Of a stretch of 64,000 nt of DNA, positions 49,701 through 62,585 are shown piece by piece. This stretch comes from Tubiluchus corallicola (lineage: Eukaryota; Animalia; Priapulida), in contig JAQGDQ010000058.1 in assembly GCA_030141605.1 (NCBI GenBank), forward strand, positions 157,852 through 221,851. The letters run 5' to 3'. The notes below the pieces were generated by a model that was given only the letters and a program-made list of their open reading frames with translations, ran no database searches and was not told where the DNA came from. The stretch's first letter is position 1; every line of letters starts with the position of its first letter. The translations under genes and the position numbers were made by a program.

Positions 49701-52700
49701 CATGCATATTTTTAGCTCTGTATTTGAAACTGTTAACAAAATTTAGCAAATTATTAAACCAGTCAGACAGTCAGATAAGGAGAGGTGATAAATATCGTGA
49801 CTGTTTGAGTCTTTAGTTGTGCATTTGAATTACAAGCCCTTTTAGCTAATTACATTAGTGTACTGCACAGAGTTAAAGCTGTTAACGGTAATGATACATA
49901 TTGATAAAAGATAATGAGATTGATAATTCTTGCTTATCATATGGATATCGTTATCCTATTGCTGGAAAATAAGTGTTGTTTAGTTTGTATTTACAATTCT
50001 ATACAGAACTAAAAATATGTTTCCCTGCTTGTTTTCTAATTTTAGTTTGTACGCTTTCCTGTTTCCATGTGTTATTATTTATAAATATCTGTAAGTGACT
50101 AATTCGCTTTTACTTTGCTCTTGCAGTACTATCCAGAAGGTACCATTCTCAGCAATGGAATGTCCAAATGGTCAAGTGCTGGAGGCTGGAGGGTAAGCTG
50201 ATAAAATTATTAGCATCAATTACTTTTTTACTTTAATTTAGTTTTAGCTGTTTTGAAGAGCTGTGCATTTGGGTCACCCATTAAATGGTATTATCTATAA
50301 ATAATTTGTATTTCTGTATAATAATAACAACAGTAAGCAGCAACCATGTTACACAAACATCTTGAGTATTAGCAATTTTTTATGCAAAATTTATAAAGAG
50401 TGTAGAACAAGTGAGATGTCAACAAACTAGAAATTTAAGCAAGTGCAAGTAAATTTAGGATCGAGTCTAGCACTCCATGAAAGCAAATATCACCAATGTA
50501 TGATCATATCTCACAGGTTGGTTATAGCATCTACCCACCTGAGCTGAATGCCTTGAAGGCAGCAGTAAGATGTGCTGCAAGTCATACCTACTCTTGTGCA
50601 CCTGCGCCCATGCAGTATGCAGTTGCTAAAGCATTGACGATGGTAGAAGAGTGCAATGAGTACATATTTCATACAGCTAGAATTCTCTCTCAACTAGCAG
50701 CGTACTGCTGCAGGTAAGCTTGCTGGTTTCAAATATTTAATTAAAATTCAGAAAAATGTTGTATTAGCTTAATTTCAAATATTGTTGTTGTTAAGCTTCT
50801 ATTTGCAATTCAGGTGAAATTTGACGTGTTTTTTGTCATTTGAATTTATTTCAATTGTTGTATTTTCCTTCACTTTCTTGTTCCGTTCAGAATCTCATGA
50901 ATAGCAAAATTTCTCATTTCAGCTTAAGGTACAAAAACCTAGCAACCCATTATATGTCAAGGAAAATCTATCAAATAACATGAAATTTCGATTTTCATTC
51001 TTATTGGTTTATAATGTTTTTTTTGCAGAGAATTACAATCACTAGGTGTGAAGGTTGTGCCCCCTAGTGGCGGTTACTACTGCTTCCCAGACTTTGAGTG
51101 TTTGAGACCCGCTCTTGAGAGAAGAGGCATTAAGAGTGGTCAGCAGCTCGCCGATGCAATATTTTCCGAGGCAAATGTTGCTGTAAGCTTCTTTGCATTT
51201 TCATGACATTTGCGAAATTGATGAGAATTTCAAAAACCAGTTCCTTCAATGCATATTTCCACAGGAAACGAGTACAATCGTTTACAGTTATTGGTGCCTT
51301 AAGATCTTTGTTTTTACTAATGCAATCTGTTGGTATTGTGTGAGTGCCAAGATGGCACCTTGATAACATACAGGTGTTTACTAAATGTGTGGGACCATAC
51401 CGAATTTTTATAAATTTGCTTTCTTGTTCTTCATTAGTATCATTCCGCTATTTTATTTTAGTGCATGAAATAACCTTGTGTGCATGATGCCCTTTAAGTA
51501 CAGATTTTAAAGTCTTCATGTAAACAGCAAATAACATCATTTCATTCATGTTAAAAACTCATTTTAGTTTTCTTTAAAAAAAAACTTTAAAATTACTCAA
51601 TACTCTGTGAAACGATTGTTTATACAAGCTTTCTCAGTGTCCATAACTTTGTCAAACTATATTAGAATTGAATTAACAGTGCCAACTTATCTTACCTTAC
51701 ACGATTCAGTACTAATTATTATAAAGTAATTATCAACAGCTGTTTGAATCCTTCATAGCTAATTATCATCATATGATAGTTCAAAGCAAAATTAATGTGT
51801 AGTTTAAATGTATTAATACTTTGTGTATATAACCAGTTGTGATCATTCAGGAGAAGGAAGTTGTTTAGCATTTTGACTGATTATGTCTATTGCATTTTGT
51901 CTCACAGGTGAAAATGGGTCTAATGCATTTACATTTTTTAACACATTGCGGCATTGCAAAAAATTGAGAAGTAGCACTTGATTGAAGACCACTAATTTAA
52001 TTAAATTTTAAGGTCAGATTTACCAGATCATATTTCATTTTCAGCTGATGAGTGGAGGTCCAGCTTTCTTGAGACCTGACTCAGAATTTACTGTCAGGTT
52101 GTGTTTTGTTGACTTTGACGGTACCGAAGCTTTAAAAGCCAGCATGAAAATTGGCAGAGCAAGACCACTGACAGATGAATTCGTGAAACTGTACTGCAAA
52201 AATGTTGTAGAAGGAACAGAAGTAAGTAAAACATTGAATAAGATGAACGAATGGTTTAAAGACAACATGTGATTTTCAGGAATGCTAGTTTGAAATTCTG
52301 AACAACTGCTTTAACACTAGCTAATCATATTAGGCACCACTCTAGGTTAACTTTTAGGTTTACGTAGTACACGAATTACAATTAAACAATGTTAGACATT
52401 TGCATAAGCACTAACTTACCGATATATACACTGACGTACCACACTATCTGGTATCTAAAGATGAAGTTATTGATGTTCCGTATATAAGCATGTTTAGCAA
52501 AGTATGTCAGAGTTTGCTCTTACCTCCACATATATGAACTTTAGGCCTGAATGTGATGCACTGTGCTATCAGATGCTGTTCCCGAATTTCTCATTCTGTC
52601 CTGACCCCTAACTTTTAAATTTTATAACATTTGAAAAACAATGTTTACTTTTGGTTTTTGAGGCTTATGAAGACAAATGACCCATTTATCAAGTTCTCCA

Positions 52701-53414
52701 TCGCTTAAATTTCGTGATAACATATTGTTTTAAAATTAAGATTTTGTTAACCATAATAATGTCATGCTATTTTTAAATGTCTTAGAAGTAGTTTATTCGG
52801 CCATCTGTGACTGTGACGCTTCTGATGTCTAAGTATCGTCCAAGCAGATAGTGCTTCTTAGTCAGTAGGTCCTATGCATAATTATTCTGTCTAACAATCA
52901 TTTTAGCTTCATATAAAAAAGGGTTACTGCTACTTTATGTTTGCTTATCATAGTAAAGTATGCAGGCTCGATAAAATCTTAATTTTAATATTACTTGTTG
53001 ACACTACCAAAAAAAATTATGAAGCATACTGCCTGAAAGGAAATATGATTACCGATATAGTACCTCAAAAAGTCCAACTGTGTGGGCAATTTGAATTGTT
53101 ATTGGTAGACCATAGGCATGGCAGTTTCTAGTGTCTACTACTAAACTATCTACTGTTTAGTTGCATTTGAAAGCAGTTCTTGTAAATTACAAATTTGGTG
53201 TTCCCTAAGCTTTAAGATGTTAAACACGACACTCAGTAGATAATAAAACAGTAAGTATAATAATATTCTTCAAAATGTTTCTGCATTTAGGAAATAAATT
53301 CCATAGTAAATATTGAAGAATTTTAAGAGCTAACAACCTAGCATAATATGTTCTTCTTTTATTCTATTTTAGGCTTTGAAGAACTGGGTCATCAAAAATA
53401 CTGAATGCCAATAG
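43725..53414 (+). CDS. Class I/II PLP-dependent aminotransferase, aspartate aminotransferase-like (438 aa, spliced)
   Basis: Coding exons: 43725-43814, 45928-46060, 47244-47378, 47994-48121, 48399-48462, 49020-49059, 49506-49596, 50127-50192, 50517-50713, 51029-51182, 52045-52221, 53373-53414. Frame is continuous (1317 nt). Motifs: FAFGQSPFP, GIAELRQAI, VGPGTKELI, PSWTTY, NPDNPTG, SDEIY, SKWSSAGGWRVGY (PLP lysine), GGYYCFPDF, VRLCFV. Confidence 0.92.
43950..44678 (+). mobile_element. 5'-truncated, decayed LINE (CR1/L2 group) fragment
   Basis: Reverse-transcriptase C-terminal remnants YPDDVKL, LSEWATLWQLQI, RDLGFTICSDLKFNKYC and TYLRPLLEYCTPIWNPY with stops and frameshifts. Ends in AATAAA plus an (ATCA)n tail. 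Confidence 0.8.
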
Positions 53415-53545
53415 AAACAGGACACTTGCTTGTCTAGTATTGGAAATAATGATTCTGCACCTTGGTTTTTGTACGTCCACTCTGTACTCTGTGTCTGTCT
53501 GTGATAGTTTTTCTACTTTGCCAAGAAAGTAGAAAGTTTTTGCTA

Positions 53546-54508
53546 CAGTAGGCGCCGCTTAATAGACTCACTTTGTGACCGAATTAGACCCAATTAACCG
53601 ACTGAACCTATTAACCGATGGGTGTAGTATTACTGGTACACTACGAGTCATCAGCTTAGTATGCACTGTAAAGGTTTTTAATGAATTTTAGAAACGAAGT
53701 AATGGCTAAATTTTTACATGCAGTTAAAAATTTAAAAAAACATTTTAAAATAATAATTTATATAAGTGAATTAGCAAAAATTAAAAAGCATACTTTTCTA
53801 AATCACACAGGTCTGTTTATTTGCAAAAATTACAAAAATTCCTTCAACGTCGGCTGCTTCATTTTATCACGAATAAGGTGGCTCACAAAGTTCTCAAAAT
53901 GATAAAGACATCGAAAATCTGTCGTTGTATGATGCACAAATCCTTGGCATGATTAAACTGTTGGTGGTGTCCGCATTTCCCTGCAGGTTCGTCTATTGCT
54001 TGGCCTAAGCTCCCACTTGCTATAATTGTGACGTACTTACTGTACCTGTACCTGCTTCCTTGGCATAACAGCAACATCCAACTGACTAAACTTTCTGGCA
54101 AAGACAGCCAGAGCTTCAAAAGGAAACCGCTAGGCAAGTGATTAAATGTTTAGCTTCCAGGAATTCTTAGGTAACAAGGTTAATTGGAGTGGACAGGCGG
54201 GTCAAAGCAAACCATTAGGCTAGCATATTTACAAACAAAACAGTACTTAACATGATTGTTTCTATGTATATTATAGGACAAAAGCGAACTAGGATGACAG
54301 AAAAGTCATAAAAGCTTATTAGTCACACGAAAGTGTCTTATTGAAGCATATGAAGCAAAAATATTGAGTCAATTATGCAGAGTTATTTGAGTAAATTACC
54401 AACAAGTTTTTATGTACATTTGAATAAAAGCAGCCCGTACCAGGCGTTTTTTAGTCAATTAAGCGATTGAGTCTATTAACCGTGGAGTCTATTAAGTGGC
54501 ACCTACTG
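53546..54508. mobile_element. Tigger/pogo-like MITE
   Basis: TA|CAGTAGGCGCCGCTTAATAGACTC ... GAGTCTATTAAGTGGCACCTACTG|TA. Confidence 0.85.
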
Positions 54509-54574
54509 TACTTGGCTGAGAAGGTAAAAAAATAACACAAAACTAAACAAGAACTTAGAAATTCTTATTATCTT

Positions 54575-54584
54575 TTTATTTATT
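54575..54584 (-). terminator. Candidate polyadenylation signal of the tau-like gene
   Basis: Overlapping AATAAA hexamers on the minus strand about 1.4 kb after the stop codon. Confidence 0.4.
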
Positions 54585-55951
54585 GTTGTAAAAATCAAGT
54601 AGTTATGTGCAGTCAATAAGTTTGTGACATAATATATATCTATACGTCAGTCGAACGAAGTTGATAATTAAGTTTGAATTGAATACTGTACAAAGCTAAT
54701 ACCAACTACTTAACATCTAAATTTACATACAACAGCAGACATGTACTTAAACACCCATAAAGCATATCAAAATGCTTTCTGTAATTTGTGCTGCTTGCAC
54801 CTCATTGGTTAATAACAAAACTACTATCCTTAATACCTACATTAAAATTATTGCTTCGTGATCATTCACTATCATGTTAGATAAACATTGTAATATCTAT
54901 TGATTAAATTTTCTTTAGAAAAAATGCAGTGAATATGAAATCATAACTCTCTGCTTCAACTTGATTGTCTGTGAAAAAAATGAAGTTTGCCATTTTTATC
55001 ATAAATAGGCATCAAAATTTTACTGTATAATGTAATCACGTGTTTTTAAATGAAGATATTATAGTAAGTAAAACATTCAAAGGAAATAATTCTCTAATTT
55101 TATATTATGTGATTTGGAAGGATTTATTTACAATAAAATTCTTGCTTATAGAGAAACAAGTTCCATCTCTCAATAGAATAGAAAATACAGTATCAATATT
55201 ATAACTTTTATACAATAAATGATGATAAAATGGAAACAGTGACAGTGTAGTTCAAATTTTTATTTGCATCTATTATTAACCCAGCATTTTAGCTTCCAAA
55301 AGGAATTTCATCTGAATAAATATGTAACTAAGAATGCACAACTTCACATTTCATATTAATGGAATGTTACAGAAAATTAATGAAAAATGGAATGGTTTAA
55401 AATAGTGTCATTATAAGTCACTCACACTAAACAAAATTAAATATGTTACATCGAATCCATAACTTTGAATATTTGTATTATCTGCATCTTCTTAAATTAA
55501 TATACAAATGTTCGTAGCCTATTGACAAGTGACAGAGATTAGGTGACACAGAGAGAAAAGTACATCTTGCTTATGCCATTTTTTTCAACTTTGAATATCA
55601 GTGTACTGTTTATTGAACGTGTTTAAAAATATAATTTGGCACTTGGTTCAAATAATTTTTTTGGTATTATGTATAGATGTTACCTCTATTTGCAACCAAT
55701 CAAAATTTAGTTCTGTGAAATCTCACATTCTGATAGATGATCTTAAACTTAGTAAAGCAGTTCAATGCAAACCAAATACATTGTTAGGTAACAACAAAAC
55801 ACAGCCATGATAAAATAATAGTCTAAAATTTATAATTAACATGTACTACCATATTACTGGAGTTGGTCAGGAAGTATTTTTTGAACGTGTAGAATGCATA
55901 AATTAATAAGTCTAAATGCCTCAGGCCGGATGCGTTTCAGAAACCAGACAT

Positions 55952-58900
55952 TTACCCTGAAAGACAATACAGTTTTGCACAAATCACAGTTTGTTCAATA
56001 GTAAATACGTGATATACACACACGGTATTGCTTTGGTTAGGTTTAGTTGAAATAATATAAGCATTTATAGCTTGAGTTAAAGAAATTCATATCGTACCTG
56101 TTACTCCTGCAGTGTTGTGCAAATCATCTCCCTCCTGTAAAAAAATTTAACATTACAGCACATGTATTGCATTAATATACACACCACAAAACAATACAGT
56201 GCAGTTAAAACTATAAGAAGACGGTTACTAGTTCTGCTTTGTTTACTAAAGTCTGCTACAATAAAGAGAAAACCAGTAATTTGTTTAAATGTGATACAGT
56301 ATTAACGATCTGGTTTTTGTAAGTTAACAGAGTTAATGAAAATAAAGCAGGCTTATACCTCAGAAATAGATCCTCCCGTGCTAGCAGAGCGCCCTGGTGA
56401 CTGAAATTTAAATACGTTAAAAATTATGCAACACAAATTATGCTTGTAACACTGATACCATTAAAGTTGGTAATAAAAAACCCCCGAATGTAATTTCTTC
56501 TTGTCTGATTTCTTTCTTCTACACAAACACAAATATGTAAAAATTGGTGCTATACTGCCTAGCACATCGTGACAACTGAAAATATTCAAACAATATTCAT
56601 ACTATCAAGACATTCAGAAATTGAGTGCATTTGTTACTATGACAAAATGCAAAAAATACATATAGAACCTTGGAGTGACAGAGTATAATGAATGACATAA
56701 TTTGATTGCAACTATGAAGCACACTACAGAATTAAAGGCCAAGCATTTACTCACCCGCACGCCATCAAGAGAGCCAACTTTTGGAGACGCTTTTGTTTTG
56801 AAATCTAATTTGTGTTCTTCAATTTTTTTGTCGCCTCCTCCTGGTTGATGATCGGCATTTTCCAGGGAGCCTACTTTTGAGGCTGCATTCCACTTTACTT
56901 TTTCATCTAAAATCTAAAACCCAAATCATGAATAATACATTTAGTATTTGCCCGTAAGAAAGAAAGAGCAAAATTAAGTGTTGGTACGATAGCATTTGAT
57001 TTAGCGACTACAATAAAATTCTGTGTTCCATATTTTAACAATGGTGTGTAACTGTGTAATGCAGTACAACTTTGCAAGGGACAAGGCAGGTAATGCAAAC
57101 AATTCCTATAGAACTCTTGCATTTTGCAGGCATTATGGTGTAATTTGCTGTACACTGTGCATATCTTTCTTCTATCTATCAGTAGAGCAATGATAACGTT
57201 TAACCTCACACTGTAACATTATTACAGATAAAAATAACTTCATATGTTCAAAATTCTGCTACAGTTTCAAAATCGGGCAGTTGAAAGGGCAATTTGAATT
57301 TTGCTCACCGAGGTTTTACATGTATGATTTCACTGATCCAAACAAACATCAGTAACTTTTCTTACACAATTAAACAGGCACGAATCACAAAACACATTAC
57401 AGGTACTTATAAGAAGAAAACTAATGACATAATACAAAATTTAATGTAAAATTAAGGTACCACAACAATTTTCCCAATTCTAGAAATAACGTGAGGTTTA
57501 ATTGTAAGTATCAAATAAAAGATACCTAACTGATTTGATTTCTCGATTAAAACTTTTAGATATCAGTGACTATGACATTGGCAGATAAAAATACATGCGC
57601 ATCTTTGACTTTAGGCAACAAAGGTGCTCCCTGGAGCCTTCCATTCTATACTACGAAAGTGTGCACGCAATGGCATGTAGTGTTTTAACCACCGAAATAA
57701 AACTAAAAGCTAATCAAGCAACGATTACACAGGCTCTTAGATGCCTCGATTAAATAAGTAATAAATCCACAAACCTTTACGTTACCACCGCCTGGTGAAT
57801 GTTTCGCATTCTCTAAAGATCCAACGCGCGATTCTACTTTCCACTCTAAATGCTCACTTATAATCTTCACAAAATTGCAAACAAAAAGAAGCAGCAATTA
57901 CTAAATTATTTGTTTGCTGTAAGTATATATATATATATATATATATATATGAGCTTTGAAAAAACGTGCATTAGCAAATAAAAATTTTGAAATTTTTAAC
58001 AACAGTAAATTGATACCAAAAAGTTGCAAGCTTCCAGCAAATAATAGATGGACTTTTGCAGTTATTTCATGACTCAATAGTATAACAGAAGTTTTTTTTT
58101 GGTAACCATGTTCAAGATGAAATCGATTATTTTTCAATTCATTACTCAGAATACCACAGTTTATTTTTTATCACATATGTTAACGAAAGCTATAATTGCG
58201 AGTAAGCTGAAATATGATGACAGAAATTTTGTTACTTATATACTATACAATGCAGCTACTTTTTTGAAGCTTAAAAAAAAATGTGATGTTTTTGTGACAG
58301 TAACAATGAATCTATAGGTTTTTGCAGATCATTCGTATTTACAAAACAAAACTTTTGGAAAAGCTCTCAGTGGAATGTATGGGTCTGATGAAATACACGT
58401 GAAATGTTTATTACCGTATATACTCGCATATAAGCCTACATCGCATATAAGCCGACCCCCTAAAACTGCTTTAAAATGGCCAGTTTTTGCAAAAACCCGT
58501 ATATAAGCCGACCATCAACTTGTCTAATTTTACTCCATACCCAATCAACAAAATTGATCCCTTTTTGTCACATTTTGTTAATTGGGTATTTTTGGTTCAT
58601 AGAAATTTTTTACTATAAAGATGTAAAATGCTTACTTTTATGTTACATACTAGAAGAAATAGAAGAAATTATACATTTTGATATGAATAAAGAAGAAAAT
58701 ATTTTGTTTTCTATTTATTCACAAAAAATTATAACATTTCTGTTTATAATTTAACGTAGTGTTCTTAAAAATAATTAGAAACCTTCGAAATCATTGTCAC
58801 TACCACCCTCATCGTCAAATTTTTGTGCAATTTTCGTTCTCTGTCTCAAACTCATAGAGTGTCTGTTCAGAAAACGTGTACGCCAACTGTGGAAGCAGTG

Positions 58901-61900
58901 AACCCTTCATATTTATTGGCTATCATTATTGGAAAAAATGAAAACAAGTAGATTTAATATTAAACCCGTATACATTTTTAACATTTTTTATCTAATGAAT
59001 ACAAAAAGCAGACATTTATTGAAATGTGAATTTTTTCTAAAAAAAAGTGGGTGGACAGCGATCCTCCACGATCCCCCTCCAATACACCACTGGTGACACA
59101 CAACCAAATAAAGAGTCAGATAGCGATGAAAATGTGTGGCTGGAAAATTGGCAATAGTGTCTGTCCTTGTGTTCATTTTGTTCCATGCGCATATAAGCGG
59201 ACCCCCTGATTTCAGTATTGTATTTTATAGTTCTAAATTCGGCTTATATGCGAGTATATACGGTATATCTTATTTTTTCAATTAGATGAAGACATCATTA
59301 ATTGTTCTGGTGTAATTCAATATACCATGTACACCCCTTGCTTATTTGTTACTGTTTTTTTAGTACTTTAGAATGTTGTTACAATCGAATTTTTATCATT
59401 GAACTTATTCTTAATTAATGAAAATTGGGCTTCCTTGCTAGGTACTTCTCATCAATCAACACCAAAAATTAGTCAACTCTTCACTGAGCCATGGTCCACT
59501 TCTTCACAAAATTTAATTGAAATCTAACTCGTGGATAAACAAGAAAACAGACATAGAATTCATTCACTAAAGTTATAAGTAAGCAATAAAAAATAGAGTT
59601 GATTTTTTTAGCTAATAATGAAAATCTAACAAAATTTTTGTTGTCAGGCACTCCCAATATAATCTCCTTGGCAGAATGTTATGCTAGCAGTTTGTTAAAT
59701 AAACCAGTCTTTTGGCATCCATTGCAAGGATCTTAGACTTCCCCTTTCAATACCTTTCATTTCGTCAAAGCATAGATTGCCGAAGCCTTTTGACTGGTAC
59801 TATACTGAAAGTGAAGCCAGAATGGTTTCGATAAATACTGTGACAGACTAGTGTCTTAATAACATTATTTCTACACAATGTTACCTTTTTATCACCGCCT
59901 TTTGGTTTATGTTTCACGTTATCAAATGTGCCAACTTTACTTTGAACACTTTTGAAATCCAGCTTACGACTTTCGATCTTCTTTGCTCCACCCTTCGGCT
60001 GATGGGTTGCATTACCGAGTGAACCCACTTTGGACTGCACATTCCATTCTAGCTTTTGACTGTAAATCTGAAAACCAATAATCAGACATGTTAGAAGTAT
60101 GAATGCAAAATGCCCAATTTCTAACAGTTTTCCCTTGAACAAAGGAAGTGGGGGTTAAATAAAAAGTCTTCCTTTTGTATATAATAAGAGAAAGATAAAT
60201 CCAAACTTCAGATCAATAGTGAAATACTACCTAAGGTAAACAAAATGCAATAATAAGTTTTCTGAGCAGATACTCTGATGACATGAAATGTTTGTTCACT
60301 AAAACATCATTTCGAACAAAACAAATGGCAGATAGTCATATAGACAATGGACTCAAACTTATCACAGCAAGAATTAATGGTCTACAAAACAAAAGCACCT
60401 TGTTGATTCTAGCTGAAATATTAGCTAGGTATACTTGTTTTCCATACATATACTTGCATTAACTGCATATTTGTATTCTAAGAAACCATCAGAAATATCC
60501 AATAAAATTTCTAAAATTCTACATAGCACTCCACAATCCACAATCCACATAGCTGATGCATCGGCAAGCTGCATTGGGAACTTAAAGGGGAAGAAAAATG
60601 AATTTTATCCTAGAAAACTTTCCATGCAAAGTTAGCATTACGTTTATCTGTTTGAAAGACTTATGTTATTGAAAAAAATTCTTAATAATTTAAAATGTTT
60701 GTGCCAGCTGGTAAAACTGTACTGCATCACCATCCAAATGTGTACCACTGATTCACCAAAGAATACATTTTGATCTTACTGATAATGTAAAGTAATTTAT
60801 ACTTTTGTTTAGTTAGGGCAAATGTGTTACGAATGCTCTGATTATTTTTTCAAACTTTACGCGATGTTATCTAAACTTGATTCAAACGATTTACTGTTAG
60901 CTGCGTTTCAAAATAGCTGTGTCTAACAGTTATCATGGGAGTTTAAATTTACAAGTATTATACAGCATTGCTGCTAATACAAGCTCTGTGTGCAACAAGA
61001 TAGTATGTAAGTTTCAAGAGAAACTTTTTAAGTTTTATTTGTAAAGAGTGTTTTCTTTAAGCGGTCAATGCTTTAAGCGGTCAATGCCAAATGTTCTTGA
61101 CTATCTACAGACAGAAATTCATAAGCAAACACAGAAAATTGTTTTGCTTCATACCTTTTTCTTCCCACCACCTGGAATGTGTCCTGCATTCTCTGTCGAC
61201 CCGACTTTTGACTTAGCTCTGACTTCTGGCTTTGCGTCAACAATCTTTACCTGTCCACCACCTAAACCAAGTTCAATAAGTATGCATCAATGTAAATGAC
61301 TTTTTTAAACAACTTTACAAATCTCACTGAACTTTGTCTAATTTAGAATGTTAGCATTGTACTTTCAAGACCCATGAAAGGATAAAATAGAAAGGCAACT
61401 AAAGATATGAAACAGATAAGAAACAGATAAAACAAATAATACAACTAGATAACTGTATATAGACTGGAACTGCAAAGCTAGTTATATTGTTAGTTATAAA
61501 CTTACAGATAAGTGAATATGTCAGGAATTAGAAAATGCATAAGTTAAATAACTTAATTCATTACCAGGTTTATATTTTATGTTATCAGTTGAACCCACTT
61601 TTGACTTGACATCTTTAGCTGAGGGACTTTTGACTGGCGGTGTCGTACCTGGAAAAAGACAATTGTCTATTTTTCAATTTTTCTAAACTTTCTGAGTTTA
61701 CAAAAAAATTAAAATCTACCAAATTTGAACTTTTACACAAAGGTATAAAGTACGAGCTGGCAATTTGTAAACAAAAACTGATGCAAACCGAATGTACACA
61801 GAGTCACAGACATGAGAAATCAACATTAACACTGATATGTATTTTGAAACAATGAATTAATATCTGCATTGCAGCTCACTTTACATCGTGAGATTTACAC

Positions 61901-62069
61901 CTGTCTTCAAGTTTGTCCTATAACCAGAATGAGAATGCAAAAATATACCTGCTCGTGGTGTGTTACTTCGTCGCACCTGCCCAGAAGTACCCACAGTGCC
62001 AGCATTCCAGCCAGGTGATGATTTCTTCGTGGTAGGTGTTGTTCTTTTAGCATCAGCTGGACTTGTCCG
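55952..62069 (-). CDS. Microtubule-associated protein, tau/MAP2/MAP4 family (5'-partial)
   Basis: Exons (minus): 62069-61949, 61648-61565, 61261-61155, 60067-59885, 57864-57775, 56913-56755, 56400-56359, 56134-56098, 55956-55952 (stop). Repeats: VKSKVGSTDNIKYKPGGG, AKSKVGSTENAGHIPGGG, VQSKVGSLGNATHQPKGG, VQSKVGTFDNVKHKPKGG, VESRVGSLENAKHSPGGG, AASKVGSLENADHQPGGG, and pseudo-repeat HKLDFKTKASPKVGSLD. Upstream exons were not identified. Confidence 0.9.
58414..59263 (-). mobile_element. pogo/Tc2-like non-autonomous element
   Basis: Perfect TIRs CCGTATATACTCGCATATAAGCC / GGCTTATATGCGAGTATATACGG with TA TSD. Minus-strand remnant DDEGGSDNDFEGF* (about 58817-58776) is typical of pogo-family transposase C-termini. 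Confidence 0.88.
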
Positions 62070-62548
62070 CTGAAAGTAAAACCAGGTTCATTAACAAACA
62101 TTTAGTGCGCGTTGTAAACACTCATTAATATATTGATGCACAACTATTTTTTAATCAACCCTTCACTTGCCTTATGAGTAACAGGATTATAAATTGTACA
62201 GTTGCTTTTTAATGTCAGTAAGCTAGAGCATTTTAAACTTTGAAATAAAGCATAAAAATATTGTTATAAATTTTAATTCATTAAAACACATACATCTTTT
62301 CAGCTTTTCCTACATTACAAAAGCATCAGAATGTTTAGCCCTACATATATATTATGCTATAGCTACAGCAGCTGGATTCCTTTGACTGAGAAATGTTTGT
62401 GGGCATACCAAATTGTGGTTGTGTAAATAAACACCTATCATATGAAAAGTAAACCACAAGTTCTAGTGAACATCACAAAGTGAAATTTAACACCTTGAAC
62501 AAAGTTGGCAAAGAAGAGAAAGTAAAACTGAGTATAGGAGGCGAACAT

Positions 62549-62585
62549 AGAGAGAGAGAGAGGGAGAGAGAGAGAGAGAGAGAGG
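62549..62585. repeat. (GA)n microsatellite
   Basis: Visible GA run. Confidence 0.9.

Noticed and set aside
58380-58410. Hammerhead ribozyme core (CTGATGA...GAAA)
   Set aside because: The intervening and flanking bases do not form stems I-III. Other CTGATGA hits also lacked supporting stems on inspection.
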